Source of the DNA: Camelus dromedarius
Lineage: Eukaryota
Reading direction: 5' to 3'
DNA: 64,000 bases
NCBI RefSeq assembly: GCF_036321535.1
Contig: NC_087436.1
Coordinates: 103,542,001 to 103,606,000 of the forward strand
Numbering within the stretch: the stretch's first letter is position 1; every line of letters starts with the position of its first letter. The notes beneath the pieces were generated by a model. The model searched no databases. It was given only the letters and a program-made list of their open reading frames with translations, and had not been told where the DNA came from. Below, one piece after another: positions 13,119 through 25,885 of this stretch. A program made the position numbers and the translations under genes.

Positions 13119-13640
13119 TGTTGCACAAAGTGTGTTACAGATCAATGTTACAGCTCAGTCGTGACAGCAACCTGGATCCCGGTGATAGACCAAGCAGCAC
13201 TGGGAGGGTTGGAGAATTCAGGCTTATTACGCCAGGCGGGCCCGGAGGAGTTAACACTCAAAGCTCTGGACCCTGTCTGTAGGTTTACACAGGCTTTTAT
13301 AGGCTGCCAGTCTATACTTCACAACATGATATGTAAATAATTGTAACAAAGGTGACTAATTAGGAACAAGCTTTGTAGAAATGGACCAATCAGGAATGAT
13401 AGAAATGGACAGATTAGGAGTGAGCTCCATGCAAATGAGGCACTACAAATGGACCAATCAGGAGTTAGCTCAGGGAACCAATAGAATCTTAGGGGTAAGT
13501 TCCGCTTTCCTAGAGGGAAGCAGTTTCAAAGTTAAAAAGCCAGATAATGTCCCTGGGCCAGGGAACCGAATGGTGCTGGCAGGAGTGTAGTGGCTCTGAC
13601 TGGGGGTCCTGCCGTCTTTTTCATGGGGCTTCCCACCTCA
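13119..13640 (-). mobile_element. Young ERV1-type solo LTR
   Basis: TG...CA ends and a perfect 4-bp TSD ttag (13115-13118 / 13641-13644). Minus-strand TATAAAA at 13301-13295. Three CCAAT boxes and octamer ATGCAAAT at 13429-13436. Confidence 0.92.
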
Positions 13641-15596
13641 TTAGGAATTGGTATGTACTGGAAGGGAATGCACTAATGGAAGTAATGTATGAGGCTTTTA
13701 AGCACATCAAAATAGTATTTATAAAGGCGAAGGAAATGGATAACTATTTTGAGGGAAACTGATGATTTAGAGAAAAAAATCAAAAGACTGAACAACTAAA
13801 TCCTGAGGTCCTCCTTGACAATATATAAAGACTCTAATCTTATAAAGCCAGGGGACAGGAAAATCATATTTAATCATAAAAGTAGGAGAAAGAAACTCAA
13901 AGAAGGTTAAGAAAGTTGAATTTATATCCCCAACAAGTTTGCTATACCAGTAGTGCTTCCATTTAAAATACGGAGAGCTATGGAATTGAGTAATAGTACC
14001 TGTCCCTCTGAGCAAAACAGGAGTATTGAGAATATTTCTTAATCTATGCAAACAATAAAATAAAGATTGATGATCATGAATCTTAAGAGTAGCCACTCCA
14101 ATAAAAAGTTTCAACACCTTGCGTAATTTCTGAATTCAAGCCACTTTTAAGACTCAGAACCCATGTGCTGAAGCTGCAGAGTTTCCAGAAAGAAGACCTT
14201 TAGGCACTAAGGCAAGGATATGTGGCCATTCTTGCCCCATTCCTTCTTCAAAGGAACCTATAGCCACTGACTTCAGGAACTATACAGTAGGGAAAGCAGA
14301 ATGCTCAAAAGATACTGAAGACTGTTCTATACAAGGTCCAAACTGGCACTGACAACTGAGGATCCAGAGCATCATCAAGCCCTTTTGTTAGAGTAGGGGT
14401 TTGTGGAGGCCAGGCAATAAGTGGAATCTTAGACAAGTCTGCTTCACAGTGATTCCACTTTATCCACGAACCCACCTAATCGTTATTTTCCTACCCAAAT
14501 ACAATATAATGTCCCCAAATATAAACTCTAGTGGATATTTTGGTAGTTGGCAGGCCCCATATTGACTTCCTCACTTGTGAAGTAAGAGCTATCTTAGTGG
14601 GAAGGTCAAGTGGTAGCCTTCTAAAGTACCACTCCCTTAGCCAAAATGGAAAAATAAAACAATATCATGTCTTGGAATGGAAGAGGTTAGTGCTGTTCTT
14701 GGGGTGGTGATGCCTGCTCATGAGATCTCCACTTTATTCATGTCTCTAAAAAATTCCAAAGGGATTCTGGAGGAAGGCATTAATCCTTGCCATCTCAACC
14801 ATGTAGCAACCCCAACTTCAGTTGTATGGAATAAAGAACCTTTGCTAGATCATATTAACACAGCCTCAGGTATATAGTATGTGACCAGTGATCTTGCAAA
14901 TATATTCCCTCCCTATCAAAAATGAAGATTAGAAATAATATTTCTAAGTATTCATTTAAAACATTCATTTATACCTTTCTTGCCACAGGCTTATGATAAC
15001 TCTACTGTCCTGTAACAAATAGTCCAGAGGGAACTGAACCGAATGGAAATCCCACAGATAGATGACTTCATCTTAATGAGACCAGGTAAAGAAGTGGCAA
15101 GGAAGTTGGAATCCTGGGAAGACAAAATACACTTCAAAGGATATGAGATGATCTCTATAAATATTTGGAGGCTGATTCTATCAGTGAGGTCTGGAGCAGG
15201 TCTGAAGTTCTGGGGCATGCCAGGATATCCTCTCCAATGTAAAGGATAAATTTTTGCATTTTGTACCTCTCACCACTAAGAACTAACTATAATGCCTATT
15301 GCACCCCTTGCGTTTTAGAGGTAGGATATTCCATATCTGGGAATACCTCTCTGATCCATATATCAGGTAACAAAAAGCTCCCAACTTTAAATAGCACTTA
15401 GGAGGAGTGTTTGCAGACTGTAGTACATGCTAATATGACCATATAACCATATGGCCCAGCAAAGTAATACTGGAGGTATCTGCATTTGGGAAAAGAGATG
15501 GTGGGAAGTTAATGGCAAGTCCTAAAGAGATAATCACCAGCATAGACTCCTAAAATTCTGGGGGCCATCTGTAGCAAAGAATTACATATCTTTTGA

Positions 15597-15602
<6 letters not shown>

Positions 15603-15634
<32 letters not shown>

Positions 15635-15983
15635 TTTATTGCAAGAAACTACCTTTTTTGGTTTTGGGGGCTGGCTAGGCAAGTCAGAAATCCTTAGGCC
15701 AGGCCATAAGGAAGGGTAGCTCAAAACTTTCAGGCAGGAGCTGAGGTTTTGGTCTACAGAGGAAATTTCCTCTACCTCAAGAAAATCTCAGTTATGCTCT
15801 TAAAGCCTTGGATAGATTAGGTTCAACTCACCCAGAGTCTAGGATAATCTCCTTTTCTTAAAGTCGACTGATCATAGATGTTAATTATGTTTACAAATAT
15901 TTCCAAAGCAACATCTGGGTTAGTGTTTGATTAAATATTGTGGGACTCTGGCCTAGTCCAAAGGGAATAAACTGACGATTACA
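15603..15983 (-). mobile_element. MLT2-type (ERV-L) LTR, truncated at a (GA)n microsatellite, inserted in pol
   Basis: ggataatctccttttcttaaagtcgactgat and ggttagtgtttgattaaata blocks, ending gattaca. Host pol reads FEKQ before it and resumes cttggc after it. Confidence 0.8.
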
Positions 15984-16924
15984 CTTGGCTTTTTCCAGGC
16001 CCACTGCTTTATAATGTCAAGTGTGTTTAGCAATAATTACAGACATGATTCATTCAGGATTACACATGAGCAAGGTGGGAAGGCATGAGCAGGTGGACAG
16101 GACCTCTGTGTCACCTACCACTGTTTTATCAGTGACTTACCTTTAAATGGACTTGGCTGCCCTTTGGCCTTATTCAGAGGTGGCCCTGAAAAACAACAGT
16201 GAGGGGAAATTCTCTCAATGGATAGATATTTAATAGTTAACGTGGCCATGCAGATTGTACAGAAAGAGAAATGTCCACCTTTTAGAATGCATTTAGACTT
16301 ATGAACATTGGTGAATGGCTTGACTGAGGGATAAGGGGCTTGGAGGATTCAGATGGGAGGACAATGAAATTTGTGGAATAGGCATATTGAAAATAGCCAT
16401 GCATGTGAGGCTGTTGGCATCACATGTCAACACCCAACAGAAAACATACACCCTGGAAGAGGGGCTCAACATCTAAATAGATTGACTAGGTGAGTTGGCA
16501 TCATGCAGAATTCATCCATCAGCCACCTCAGTACTGACACAATGGGCCCATGAACTGGGTAATCATTGCTACCAAGGATGATTGGGTCTAAGAACACAGG
16601 TCCCTTCTCATCACTGCTGCTACTAAAAACCAAGACTGATGCTAGTTCCCCAGTATGGCACTATGCTTGCAGGAGTTCAAATAGCCACTTAGTGGAAGAC
16701 TATATCCATTTGACACATTCTACTGTGAAAGGAGCAGCAACTCTTTTTGATTAGCACTGATGCATATACTGGGTATGGTTTTTGCCTTTCCTCCCAGAAG
16801 GGCCTAATCTAGCACCACTATTCAAAGGCTAAAGGAATGTTTGTCTACTGACACAGGATGCTAAATAATTTTGCATTAAAGCCACTTTACAACAAAAGAA
16901 GTGTGCTGTACCACCTTGAAGCTG

Positions 16925-17215
16925 CCATCTTCCCGGCGATTGCCCTCATCTGATGAGAGTCACGCTGTTCAAGGTCAAACTCCTTTCTTGGGGCAGCCTC
17001 CATTCAGTCGCCAGTCAATATAAGGACTATAAAGACCCACAAGTTGGCGAAAACCTTTTTTATTACTCATCACAGCCCAGACATCTTCCTCTGTCCAATC
17101 TTGCTTTATTGACTCCTTTTCCACCATTGTTGATCCCATGAGTAACATTGAATACCATTGCTCCATGTAAATTTCTGCCCCATAATCTGCCTCCTGGAAA
17201 TCCCAATCTGCTGCA
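16925..17215 (+). mobile_element. LTR16-family 3' LTR of the ERV-L provirus (5'-truncated)
   Basis: gattgccctca, cttcctctgtccaatc...tgttgatccca, ending caatctgctgca, which parallels the 5' LTR. Confidence 0.7.
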
Positions 17216-17699
17216 AGAGACTGTACAAAATTGTATAGCTTACTTTCAGGTAAAAGGAAACTGTTCACTTAGCCTTAAAAATAGAAGTTCTTATGTTGTT
17301 TCCTTAATGTAAAAAAAAATAATAATAACTTAAAAAGGCAGGAAGAAAAGTTTGGAGGGGATAGATTTGTTTATGGCATAGACTGTGATTCTGATTTTGA
17401 AAAGTCTTATAATTTAAAATAAAGTAAGAATTCCTTTGTTTAAAAATTTAGCTAATACCTTTGTTGTGGTACTTACAGATATAGACAAGCTATTCTCTTA
17501 GTAGATGTGAAAAAGATCATGTAATATTTTATAAATAAAATAATAACTTATAAAGTATTACCTAAAATAGTGTGTTCATTTCATGAGGAGTAAATATCAA
17601 ATTCTTGAATTTAAAGCAAATATATACATTAATTTAGAATTGACTGGTATTAGAACTGGGGTTACCCAAAGTCTAGCCTAAGCCTTTAAGCATCTCATA

Positions 17700-17705
17700 C
17701 ACACA

Positions 17706-17743
<38 letters not shown>
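17700..17743. repeat. (CA)n microsatellite
   Basis: Directly visible CA tract with one interruption. Confidence 0.95.
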
Positions 17744-17747
<4 letters not shown>

Positions 17748-17769
17748 TAAAATCCCTACAAAAATAAAA

Positions 17770-18000
17770 GTAGTTAAAATGTATTGAGTACATAATATGT
17801 GTCAGGTAATATCATCTTAGAGTATTCCATACCTTAGACAATTTATTTCTTAGGGTAACCGTGAAGAAAGTGAACTATTGCCAATTATATGTACCAATAA
17901 TAAAGCTGAGGGTTAGAAAGATCATGCAATTAGCACATGGCAGAGCTGGGATTGCAGATGTAGTCTGCCTAAATTTGAAACCATACTTTTAAATACTATG
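17770..18000 (-). mobile_element. MIR SINE
   Basis: tattgagtacataatatgtgtcagg...aagctgagggttagaaag...ggcagagctgggattg. Confidence 0.7.
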
Positions 18001-19168
18001 CAGAAAATTTAATGAGAAAGGAGAATACAATAAAAATAATTAAACTATATATGCTAGCTATGCAGTACAACAGAATACAATGTACACTTGTAAATACAAT
18101 TTGATTTGTGAAGTTTACAAATTATTTTTCAAAATTTGTCACAAAAATTCTTCTGTTTTATGAAGACAAAAGCAGAAGCTCATAATTGCTTTTACCAGTA
18201 ATTTATGTACTCGGACTATTTTAAACTCAGCTTCTCAAAAATAGTCTCACTTTGATATATTGAGCACTTTCTGAAACATTCATTTTTTGAACACCCAGCC
18301 AATTAACAGCAGCATGCTAGGAACTTGCATCTCTTTCATGGCTGAAAAATAAACAAAATTTATCACTCATTTACTTCCCACTTCAAATAAACTAAAATAC
18401 ACTTTGCAAGAGATGTTTGTTGGGTCTAAAGTTCACTTGGAACTTAAGTTAAATAATGTCTCTGGAGACTGCAGAGAAGTGTTTACCCAAACTCAGACAT
18501 CTTTATAAAAGCTCTAAAGTGCTTTCGGGTTTTCAGACAGCGGCCTTGAATCATACTTCACAAGTGTGTGGTAAACACATTGCATTTTAAAAGACTATCA
18601 AAGCTTATTTCAACCATTGTTAACCCTTCAAAATCTTTCCTAGTCTATGTAAGGCCGAATATCGTAGTCGAATATCCACCATCATAAATAATTGATGACA
18701 GCTGGCGATTGTGTTTTGCTTCTTTTGATGGTTAGCTGCTTCATGATGAAGTAAATCATGTCATCCCTACCAACCTAGGATGATAAATTATTCAAAACTC
18801 TGTGATTTCATCTGGTAATTCAACTGTTTTTTTTTTTTTATTGCACTCTTATTTTACCCCAGGTGCTCTCCTGATGTGGCTGATAAAGTATTGAACAAAC
18901 TATATACTCCCTCCCTTCATTAAGATCATATATTCTAGTGTGATGGAGTTACAGAAATCAAGGAAGAATCAAATTTCAGATTGTGATGAAAAACTACAAT
19001 GAAAATAAACAGTGATGTAGAGAAAGCAACATATGAATTGACGTCAGTCATAATCTCTTCAAATTTTAAGATCTGATTTTATATCTGAGAATTCTAATCA
19101 GAAATCACCACTTTCTAACCACCATTCTGGAAACTGTAAGGTAGTATTTTGAAGTGGCACATGAAACC

Positions 19169-19573
19169 TATATTAGTGTGGTAGGGATGCCATAAAAAAA
19201 ACCCCACAGAACTGGTGGCTTAAAGAACAGAAATATATTTTCTCAGTGATCTGGAAGCTAGAAGTTCAAGATCAAGGTGGAGACAGGGTTCATTTCTTCT
19301 GAGACCTTTCTCTTTAACTTCCAGATAACCAGTGTCTCTTGTGTCCTCATATGGCTCTTTCTCTGTGTACATGCAACCCAAGTGTCTCTGTGTGACCAAG
19401 TTCTCTTTTCTTATAAGGACATCAGTCAGATTAAATTAGGGACCACCTTACAGACCTCACTCTAACTTAATCACCTTGTTAAAAGTCCTACTTCCAAATA
19501 CAGCCACATCTTGAGCTTCTGGGGTTAGGGCTTATAGATATGAATTTTGGAGGGTATAATTCAGCCTGTAACA
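19169..19573 (-). mobile_element. MLT1A/B-type MaLR solo LTR
   Basis: Same family blocks as 428-835, ending cagcctgtaaca. Perfect 5-bp TSD aaacc (19164-19168 / 19574-19578). Confidence 0.92.
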
Positions 19574-19934
19574 AAACCCAATTTTTTTCAATCAATCAGA
19601 GGCATTTTGTTAAGAATAGGGAAACAATATAGGGATAGAGGGAGTGAGGAATAACAAAAGCAAGTGCATATGAATGCATAAGCACAAAGAATTAGACTTT
19701 TCAAAGGAATTCTATGTGGATGATCCTATATGATTTTTATAGCTCACAGTTGGCTTGAGTTATACCAGAAACATGGTCCTGAACTCCTAAAGCTGAGGTC
19801 ATTCTCAGCATTTAGACATATTTCAGCTATCAAAGTAGTATGTATCACATACAACTATGGGGTCAAGTTAGAAGAATAATATTAACCAATTCTTATCTGT
19901 AAATAAGATCAAGTCTGAGCTAAGGCTTGTTACT

Positions 19935-20078
19935 TATATATATATACATATATGTGTGTGTACAAACATGTAAATAAATATTATGTACATATATATGTAC
20001 ATGTATATGTGTATATATGAATATTATAGCAGGAGATATATATTACAGACATATATATATATGTGTGTGTGTGTGTAT
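19935..20078. repeat. Compound (TA)n/(TG)n low-complexity repeat
   Basis: Directly visible. Confidence 0.85.
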
Positions 20079-20099
20079 ACTGTAACCCTTGCAACCCTG

Positions 20100-20260
20100 T
20101 AATAATCCTTGCAACACTATGAGTCTGGAGTCACAGATGCAGAGCCTGAAGCTCAGAGAGGTTAAATAGCCTTCTCTAGATTACAGAGGCAAAGGTAATG
20201 GCAGAGATATGACTTGAGGTCAGCCCTGTCTGACTTCATAGCCCACATCTTGTTCCTCTT
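20100..20260 (-). mobile_element. MIR SINE
   Basis: aatccttgcaacactatgag...ctgaagctcagagaggttaaatagc...tgtctgacttcatagccca. Confidence 0.75.
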
Positions 20261-20583
20261 TCAATATATTACCTCCTCCAAAGATGAAAAGCCAATTCTC
20301 AGGTTCTGGTAACTTTTCGGATGTGACTTTCTATAAGATAGAAGCATGAGTTATGTTTATGTAATTATTTGGACACAAATATAATTATCCATGTTCTTCC
20401 CCACTTTTCAAATTTACCTTCTGGAATATTTCATAGGTGTTGACTTCAACTAGTTGAATCAACTACTTGACCTATATACAGTTTTACAACATTAAAATAG
20501 AGAAGATCATTTTCGATCCAATACTTTCCAGGCTCTCAATAACACAAAGAAAGCCATGAATTTTGAAATAGAACACTTCCATT

Positions 20584-21168
20584 TTGTTTCAGACCAGACT
20601 TCCAGCCTGATAATCTGCCCAACTTTACAAGGCAAGGTTGTTCATAGGAACGAATACTGAGTTACAAGTACATCATTCATAAATGAATTGAAGGTTACAA
20701 GCCAATCAAATCAGAGCCCCTGGTGAGATGTGTCAAGCCAAGTGATGAAGCCCTAGGAAACAGAGCAGGAAGCGACAACTGAAACCAGGGGAACAGGCAT
20801 TGCCATCTGGCCTATCTGATGTCTCCCCAATCCTCCCATGACTGTGGCTGCTCAATGGAATGAAATAAGCTGGGAGAACTTTGGGAGGAAAACTGGAGGG
20901 ATGAGAGTGCACATTCACCCTGCAGGGGCTTCACTCTTCTGATTTATGTCTGTCCTGCCTGGAAGGGCCAATGATCCAATTAGGACAATACGGGACCAGC
21001 GCACCTGTGAGAGGGACTGGTGCCAGGAGGGTCAAGCATAGGGAGTGTGTAGAAATTGACAGTCCAAAATAAACAAAGCAAAAAAAAGAGAAATGATAGA
21101 TAACGTGTTCTCTGTGGTAGGGATTAGAGCAAGGGAGAAATGCGGTCCAGTTCCAGAGCATAACCACA
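20584..21168 (-). mobile_element. Possible ancient LTR (family unassigned)
   Basis: GC-richer block bounded by tg... and ...ataaccaca (minus-strand start tgtggttat). No TSD seen. Confidence 0.3.
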
Positions 21169-21229
21169 ACTGTTTCACAACAGAAGTAGGAGCTGATAAA
21201 TTGACACTCAGCTCTGATTTTTAATCCTC

Positions 21230-21545
21230 CTTACATAGAATAGGGACTCTTTTAAATGCCTCTTAGGTCCTTGGCTCATTTTTCTCTTAGAGTTTTGTCT
21301 TTGTTTCTTTTTTTTAATAATCCCCATAAGCTCTGTCTATATTAAGATATTAACCTTTGTCACATGTATACATATTTTCCCTCATTTGTTTCTTAACTTT
21401 GATAATAGTATTTTTTGACATTCAGAATATTTTACACTTTTACTTAGTGAAATTTTTCAGTCTTGTATTTTATGCTTTTTTCTGCATTTATACTTAAAAA
21501 TGTCTTCACAGACCTAAAATAAAATGATTGAATTTAAAAAAAATA
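21230..21545 (-). mobile_element. Old L1ME-like fragment
   Basis: tccttggctcatttttct...agctctgtctatattaagatattaaccttt. Confidence 0.65.
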
Positions 21546-21591
21546 GGAACTCTTTTCTATATTATGTATATGAATGACTATAGTTGTAAGT

Positions 21592-21800
21592 CAAGGTTTT
21601 TCAACCTTGGCATATATACATTGGGGGTCAGGTAATTCTTTGGTGTGAAGAACTGTCCTGTGTATTGTAGGATGATGAACTGTATCCCTGGCCTCAACCC
21701 AATAGATTCCAGAAGCAACCCCCTCCAGTCTTAGCAACCACAAATGTCTCCAGAAATTTCCCCTGGGGGAGGAAAAAAAATCCCTGGTTGAGAAACATTA
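21592..21800. mobile_element. MER20 hAT-Charlie DNA transposon, near full length
   Basis: tcaaccttggc...aattctttg...ctgtcctgtgtattgtaggatg...tccctggcctc...aaatgtctccaga...ggttgagaa. Confidence 0.9.
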
Positions 21801-23109
21801 GGTCATTCAAATAAATGAACACACAAAGTGCATTTATTTCAGCCACAATCAAATTGACTAGCTATATCAAATCAGGGCATAATAACATGACTTACCCTAC
21901 TAAGTTTCAGGTATTGGCCTGATGTCTCTTAGACTTGAAAAATATTGGGACTGATTGTAACAGCGGCATCCGCACTCATTCCCAGGGTTAGATCATCATA
22001 AGGGATGAGTAAATAGAGTCGCTCCCAGGGGAAAAGTTAACTGTATATTCATCCATTCGACCTTTTCTTCCGTAAGAGAGGAGGAAGACAGTTCACTGGG
22101 CTATGATACAGGCCCAGATTTCTATATTTCTATCTTCTATCCTCTTGTGAATATTGCTTTTTCTCCCTCTCCCTCTCTCCTCTCTCTCTAAATACAGAAA
22201 GAAAAGGGGAAATTCAGTATAAATAAGAGTTCCATGTGTGCAGCTTACTTACCTGGTAGCCAAATCAGGAAGTTAACATTATATATTTTTTCTAAAGCTT
22301 ACACTTCCTTCCTGCTCTTTTAAACTAACTTTACAATTTTAAGATTTCAAGAGTCTGTTGTATGTGCAGTTTTATTCATGATACCTGTAACTTCCTAAAA
22401 AAAAATTAAGGTCAGTACTTTAGTTCACTAAAATTCAATTATTTTTATACTCAAACACATGAGGCTTTCAGCACAACAAGGTGAATCCAATAGCAACAGT
22501 CAAAATACGTTCTATGCAACGTGAAAATGACCTGCCATACGGGGAACCTCGCAGGACAGGGAAATGTGTTTCTGCTGATATATAGATAGCATTTTGAAAT
22601 GTTCACAGAATCACTCATTTCAAAAATGTTCAGGCCAGCAGGTATTTTTTAATTGTCCTTTAGTGTTTAGGGAGACCAATGTGTACAATAATACTTTGTT
22701 GATTTCTTGAGTTAAAATAAATAGAATTTTAAGTAATGTGGAAGATAAATCCCCTTATAGAATACTGTAGCTTAATTTGCTGAGCAAATTAAAGTAAGTG
22801 CAACCTGTGAGTTACCTTTTCCTACAGTAAATGCAATCTGGTGAAATTTAAATAAAGTGTGTTTACTTCTAATATGAAATGAAAAAAATGGATAAGTTTG
22901 TGTGCAAAAATGGTTTGTATGAGGGTAAGTTTTTGACGGAATAGCTTGAAATTGCCAGGCAAAGCAATGGAAATATGATATGAATGTGTACTTATATGTA
23001 TGTGTGCAAATGTGTATGGATATATTTTACATATATATGTATATATATACACACATACACACACATATGTATTTATTAAGCATATCAAGGTGAGCTTATG
23101 AGAAGTAGT

Positions 23110-23535
23110 ATGGTTTAATAATTATTGAATGACTGCGATTCTTACCAAATGTGAGTTGTCTTTTTCTTCCAGGAGAGACGCTTAGACTACATTTCCAGTG
23201 CTTCCTGACAATAAGATGCAGTCTTGTGGTTGAGTTTCAGCTAACGGTATATAGACAGAAGTGTTGTGGTTCTTCGAGAACTTAACCATAAAATTCCTGC
23301 ACAATTCCGCCAACCTGTCTTGGCTCATGAGCCAGCTAGGTGCCCTGGATCCGGAAGACTGTGAAACTCTGGAAGACTGCAGGGCCCCTAGTTGGAAGAC
23401 CCCTGGACTGTGAATAACTGTGTGACTGGAAACCACGTGCACCCCTCCTCCCCACTGCCCTAAGTTGTGATGGAAACAAGAAGCAAACTTTTATTTTGTT
23501 AATCAGCTGAGATTTGGGGTCTATTTGTTAGTGGC
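23110..23535 (+). mobile_element. MLT1H/I-type LTR
   Basis: agactacatttcc block and 3' block aaacttttattttgttaatcagctgagatttggggtctatttgtta. Confidence 0.7.
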
Positions 23536-24689
23536 TTCCAGAAAATGCTGTTAGTACATTGCCCATATCACCAAGCCCTTACTTCAGGGTTCAGAACCCT
23601 CAAGGCAACGTTCACTTTGAGTGACAAAAAGCTGAAACTTGACCAACTTTTCACCGGTACAGGCACCTGAAGCCTGATTTCTTTCTTACAACCCTAGGAA
23701 GAGTTTCTACAGGTGACTTCATACAGAATTCAAAGGAGGGAGAACCAGCCCTTGATAAGAAAACATTGATTTTCTTTTCCAAACCTCTTACAATAAAACT
23801 CGCTAACTTGTTTCACTCCTGTCCTACAATATCACTGTTGGCTTAAAGGCCTTTATGGATTTCTTTTCACATAACAGCAACCACATCTTTCATGCTCAAA
23901 ATGCCATTGCACCTCATCTTTGAGAAGAAACAGTTCCTGCTTTGATTCAACGATCTTTTATGTTGCTTATCTTTTGTCAAAACTACCTCTGCCATCAGCC
24001 ATCCAAGTCACCTGATCTCAATCTTCCATTTCAGGTAGTCCAGCGTCTCATTGTGTTTGGACTTTTGACCTTGGAGTACATCCTATTGGGCAACCCTTCT
24101 CAGACAACCCTGTGTTTCTCCCTTGGATTTTTCTGATGTCACTATTTTTCAACTTTAACAATTAACATCACTTTCATTATTTCTTTATGCTGATGCAAAA
24201 TTTATCATAAAAAACTTAATAGTTTACACAGCATCATTTTTAAAAAGCCCCTCTCTTGTTCAGGGAATGGATAAATCCAAGAATAAATTAAGTAATATAT
24301 TATTCACTTATTCATTGCTTTATAATTTATAAAATGTTTTCAAGTAGATTTATTTGTTTTATCCTAGTTACAGACCTGAGGCATGCAGAACAGGTGACTA
24401 GAAATGTTTCTTAATGTGTTTCAAAGATAAACTATACTTCAGGGGTTTATGCAGCTCGACAAAGATCTCCCTATCATAAGGGGCAGCTGATGTTAGAATC
24501 CATATTTTCTGACTCTGTACCCTCTATGCTTCATATTACACCAGTCCTTACATAGTCCCTTTATACAGCATGTGCTTTAAAAATCAGAATATTGAGATTA
24601 TCAGTATATTTTCAACAATATAAAATATAATCTTAATTATGTTTCAAAATATTGACTTGGCAGTTTACACCAGTGAAAAATACGGGATT

Positions 24690-25145
24690 TATGATAGACA
24701 AAGCTAGGTTTGGTTTCTGATTCTGTTAATGAATCACTGAGTCACCTGTAGCTAATACGGTGTACACTATAGAAGTTATTACACAGACTTAATGAAAAAC
24801 AGTGAAGAGCTAAGTATGGCGTCTGGCAAACAGCAAACAATCAAAAGTCATGCTAGTATTGTAATTTCCTTCCCTTCAATCAGTCCTTGGAGAATTTTTG
24901 AATTTGGAAACGTGTTTTGAACTCTGAACTGCAATATCTTCCCACTTACACATGTGTTTTTACCTCCAGCTGGCTACCACTTTATTCCTATCAAAATCTC
25001 TTTTCTTGTTGTTTCATCGGTCATCTCACATATAAATCACATAATATCAGAGTTAGAAGGGAATTTTGAGGTGATCTCAACCAACATCTTAGTTTCATCA
25101 TGGAAAAGCTGAGTCCCAGGCAGGTGAAATGGCTCAATCAGGGAG
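24690..25145. mobile_element. Two MIR fragments (~24690-24860 plus strand; ~25045-25145 minus strand, MIR3-like)
   Basis: gacaaagctaggtttgg..., and tcagagttagaagggaattttgaggtgatc...aagctgagtcccaggcaggtgaaatggct. Confidence 0.55.
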
Positions 25146-25629
25146 ATAGATGATTGCTATGAACTTTAAATGTGACCTGATGGGGAAGTATGCACATTTC
25201 CTAAAGCTTTAAAAAGAGAATGAAACTTAGCGTGAATTTCATCGTGCCATCTTCCTGGAGAGGATTCTCAGCCGGGGAGATATTGCTAAAACCATACATC
25301 CCAGGTCATGCCCATTTCACCTGTTTTAAAGGCTGTCCCTACTCTTGTAGTACATACACTCCACGTTCAGTACCTGTCTCAGGCCTCAGATGCTCATCCG
25401 AAGGGGCTATCTAGCACGAGAAATGATTCTAAGGCAAAGGACTGTTTTCAGCAACAGCCCTTAAGTAGGGCTCCATTATCTCTGTTCCTTTCTCTTTGTT
25501 CTCATTCTCCATCTCACCCTTGCTCTCCCTTTCCTTCCTGGCCCCTGATTTTGTCTCATTTTCAACCGTAATTATACGCAATTGTCTCCAGTTTTGCTCT
25601 TTTGGATTCAGATTGACTTCCATCCATTG

Positions 25630-25885
25630 TCTAAGTCATTATCTTACAAAATTTATTTGACTATTAACCGTAGGAAGAAATAAAATTTATACCAAACAGT
25701 ACACACACAAATACATACACACACACACAAGCAATTAAAACAAAATTTTCATGAGTACATGTACCCATGCTATATGCAATGAATTGTCTGTTCTGTTCTA
25801 TTTTATTGTTTTAATGTTGGTTACCCACAAATTTAATTTAGTACCATCCTTAATAAGTTAGAAGCCATAGTTTGAAAAAAATATC
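25630..25885. mobile_element. hAT-Charlie DNA transposon fragment (same terminus type as 45150-45243)
   Basis: aatgttggttacccacaaatttaattt...ccatagtttgaaaaa parallels aatgctggtcaaacccattaaattggatt...cagttgaaaagcaacactg. Confidence 0.5.

Larger units (their letters stand above)
13011..16925 (+). mobile_element. ERV-L internal region (ERV3-16A3-like): decayed gag-pro-pol, interrupted by two later LTRs
   Basis: Protease relic at ~14310-14460. ORF 14677-14877 (..LNHVATPT..LLDHINTASG) is an ERV-L RT relic. ORF 15043-15249 has QIDDFILM, equivalent to the YIDD motif. RNase H relic at ~16180-16330. Integrase relics QWAHE (~16540) and DAYTGYG (~16760). Confidence 0.88.

Noticed and set aside
14677..15249. 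RT-like ORFs as a domesticated or active reverse transcriptase
   Set aside because: Short fragments separated by stops and frameshifts, with a degenerate catalytic motif; an ERV-L fossil.
20439..20463. 14-bp palindrome ttcaactagttgaa with bulged extension
   Set aside because: Expected by chance at this length, and too short for a pre-miRNA.
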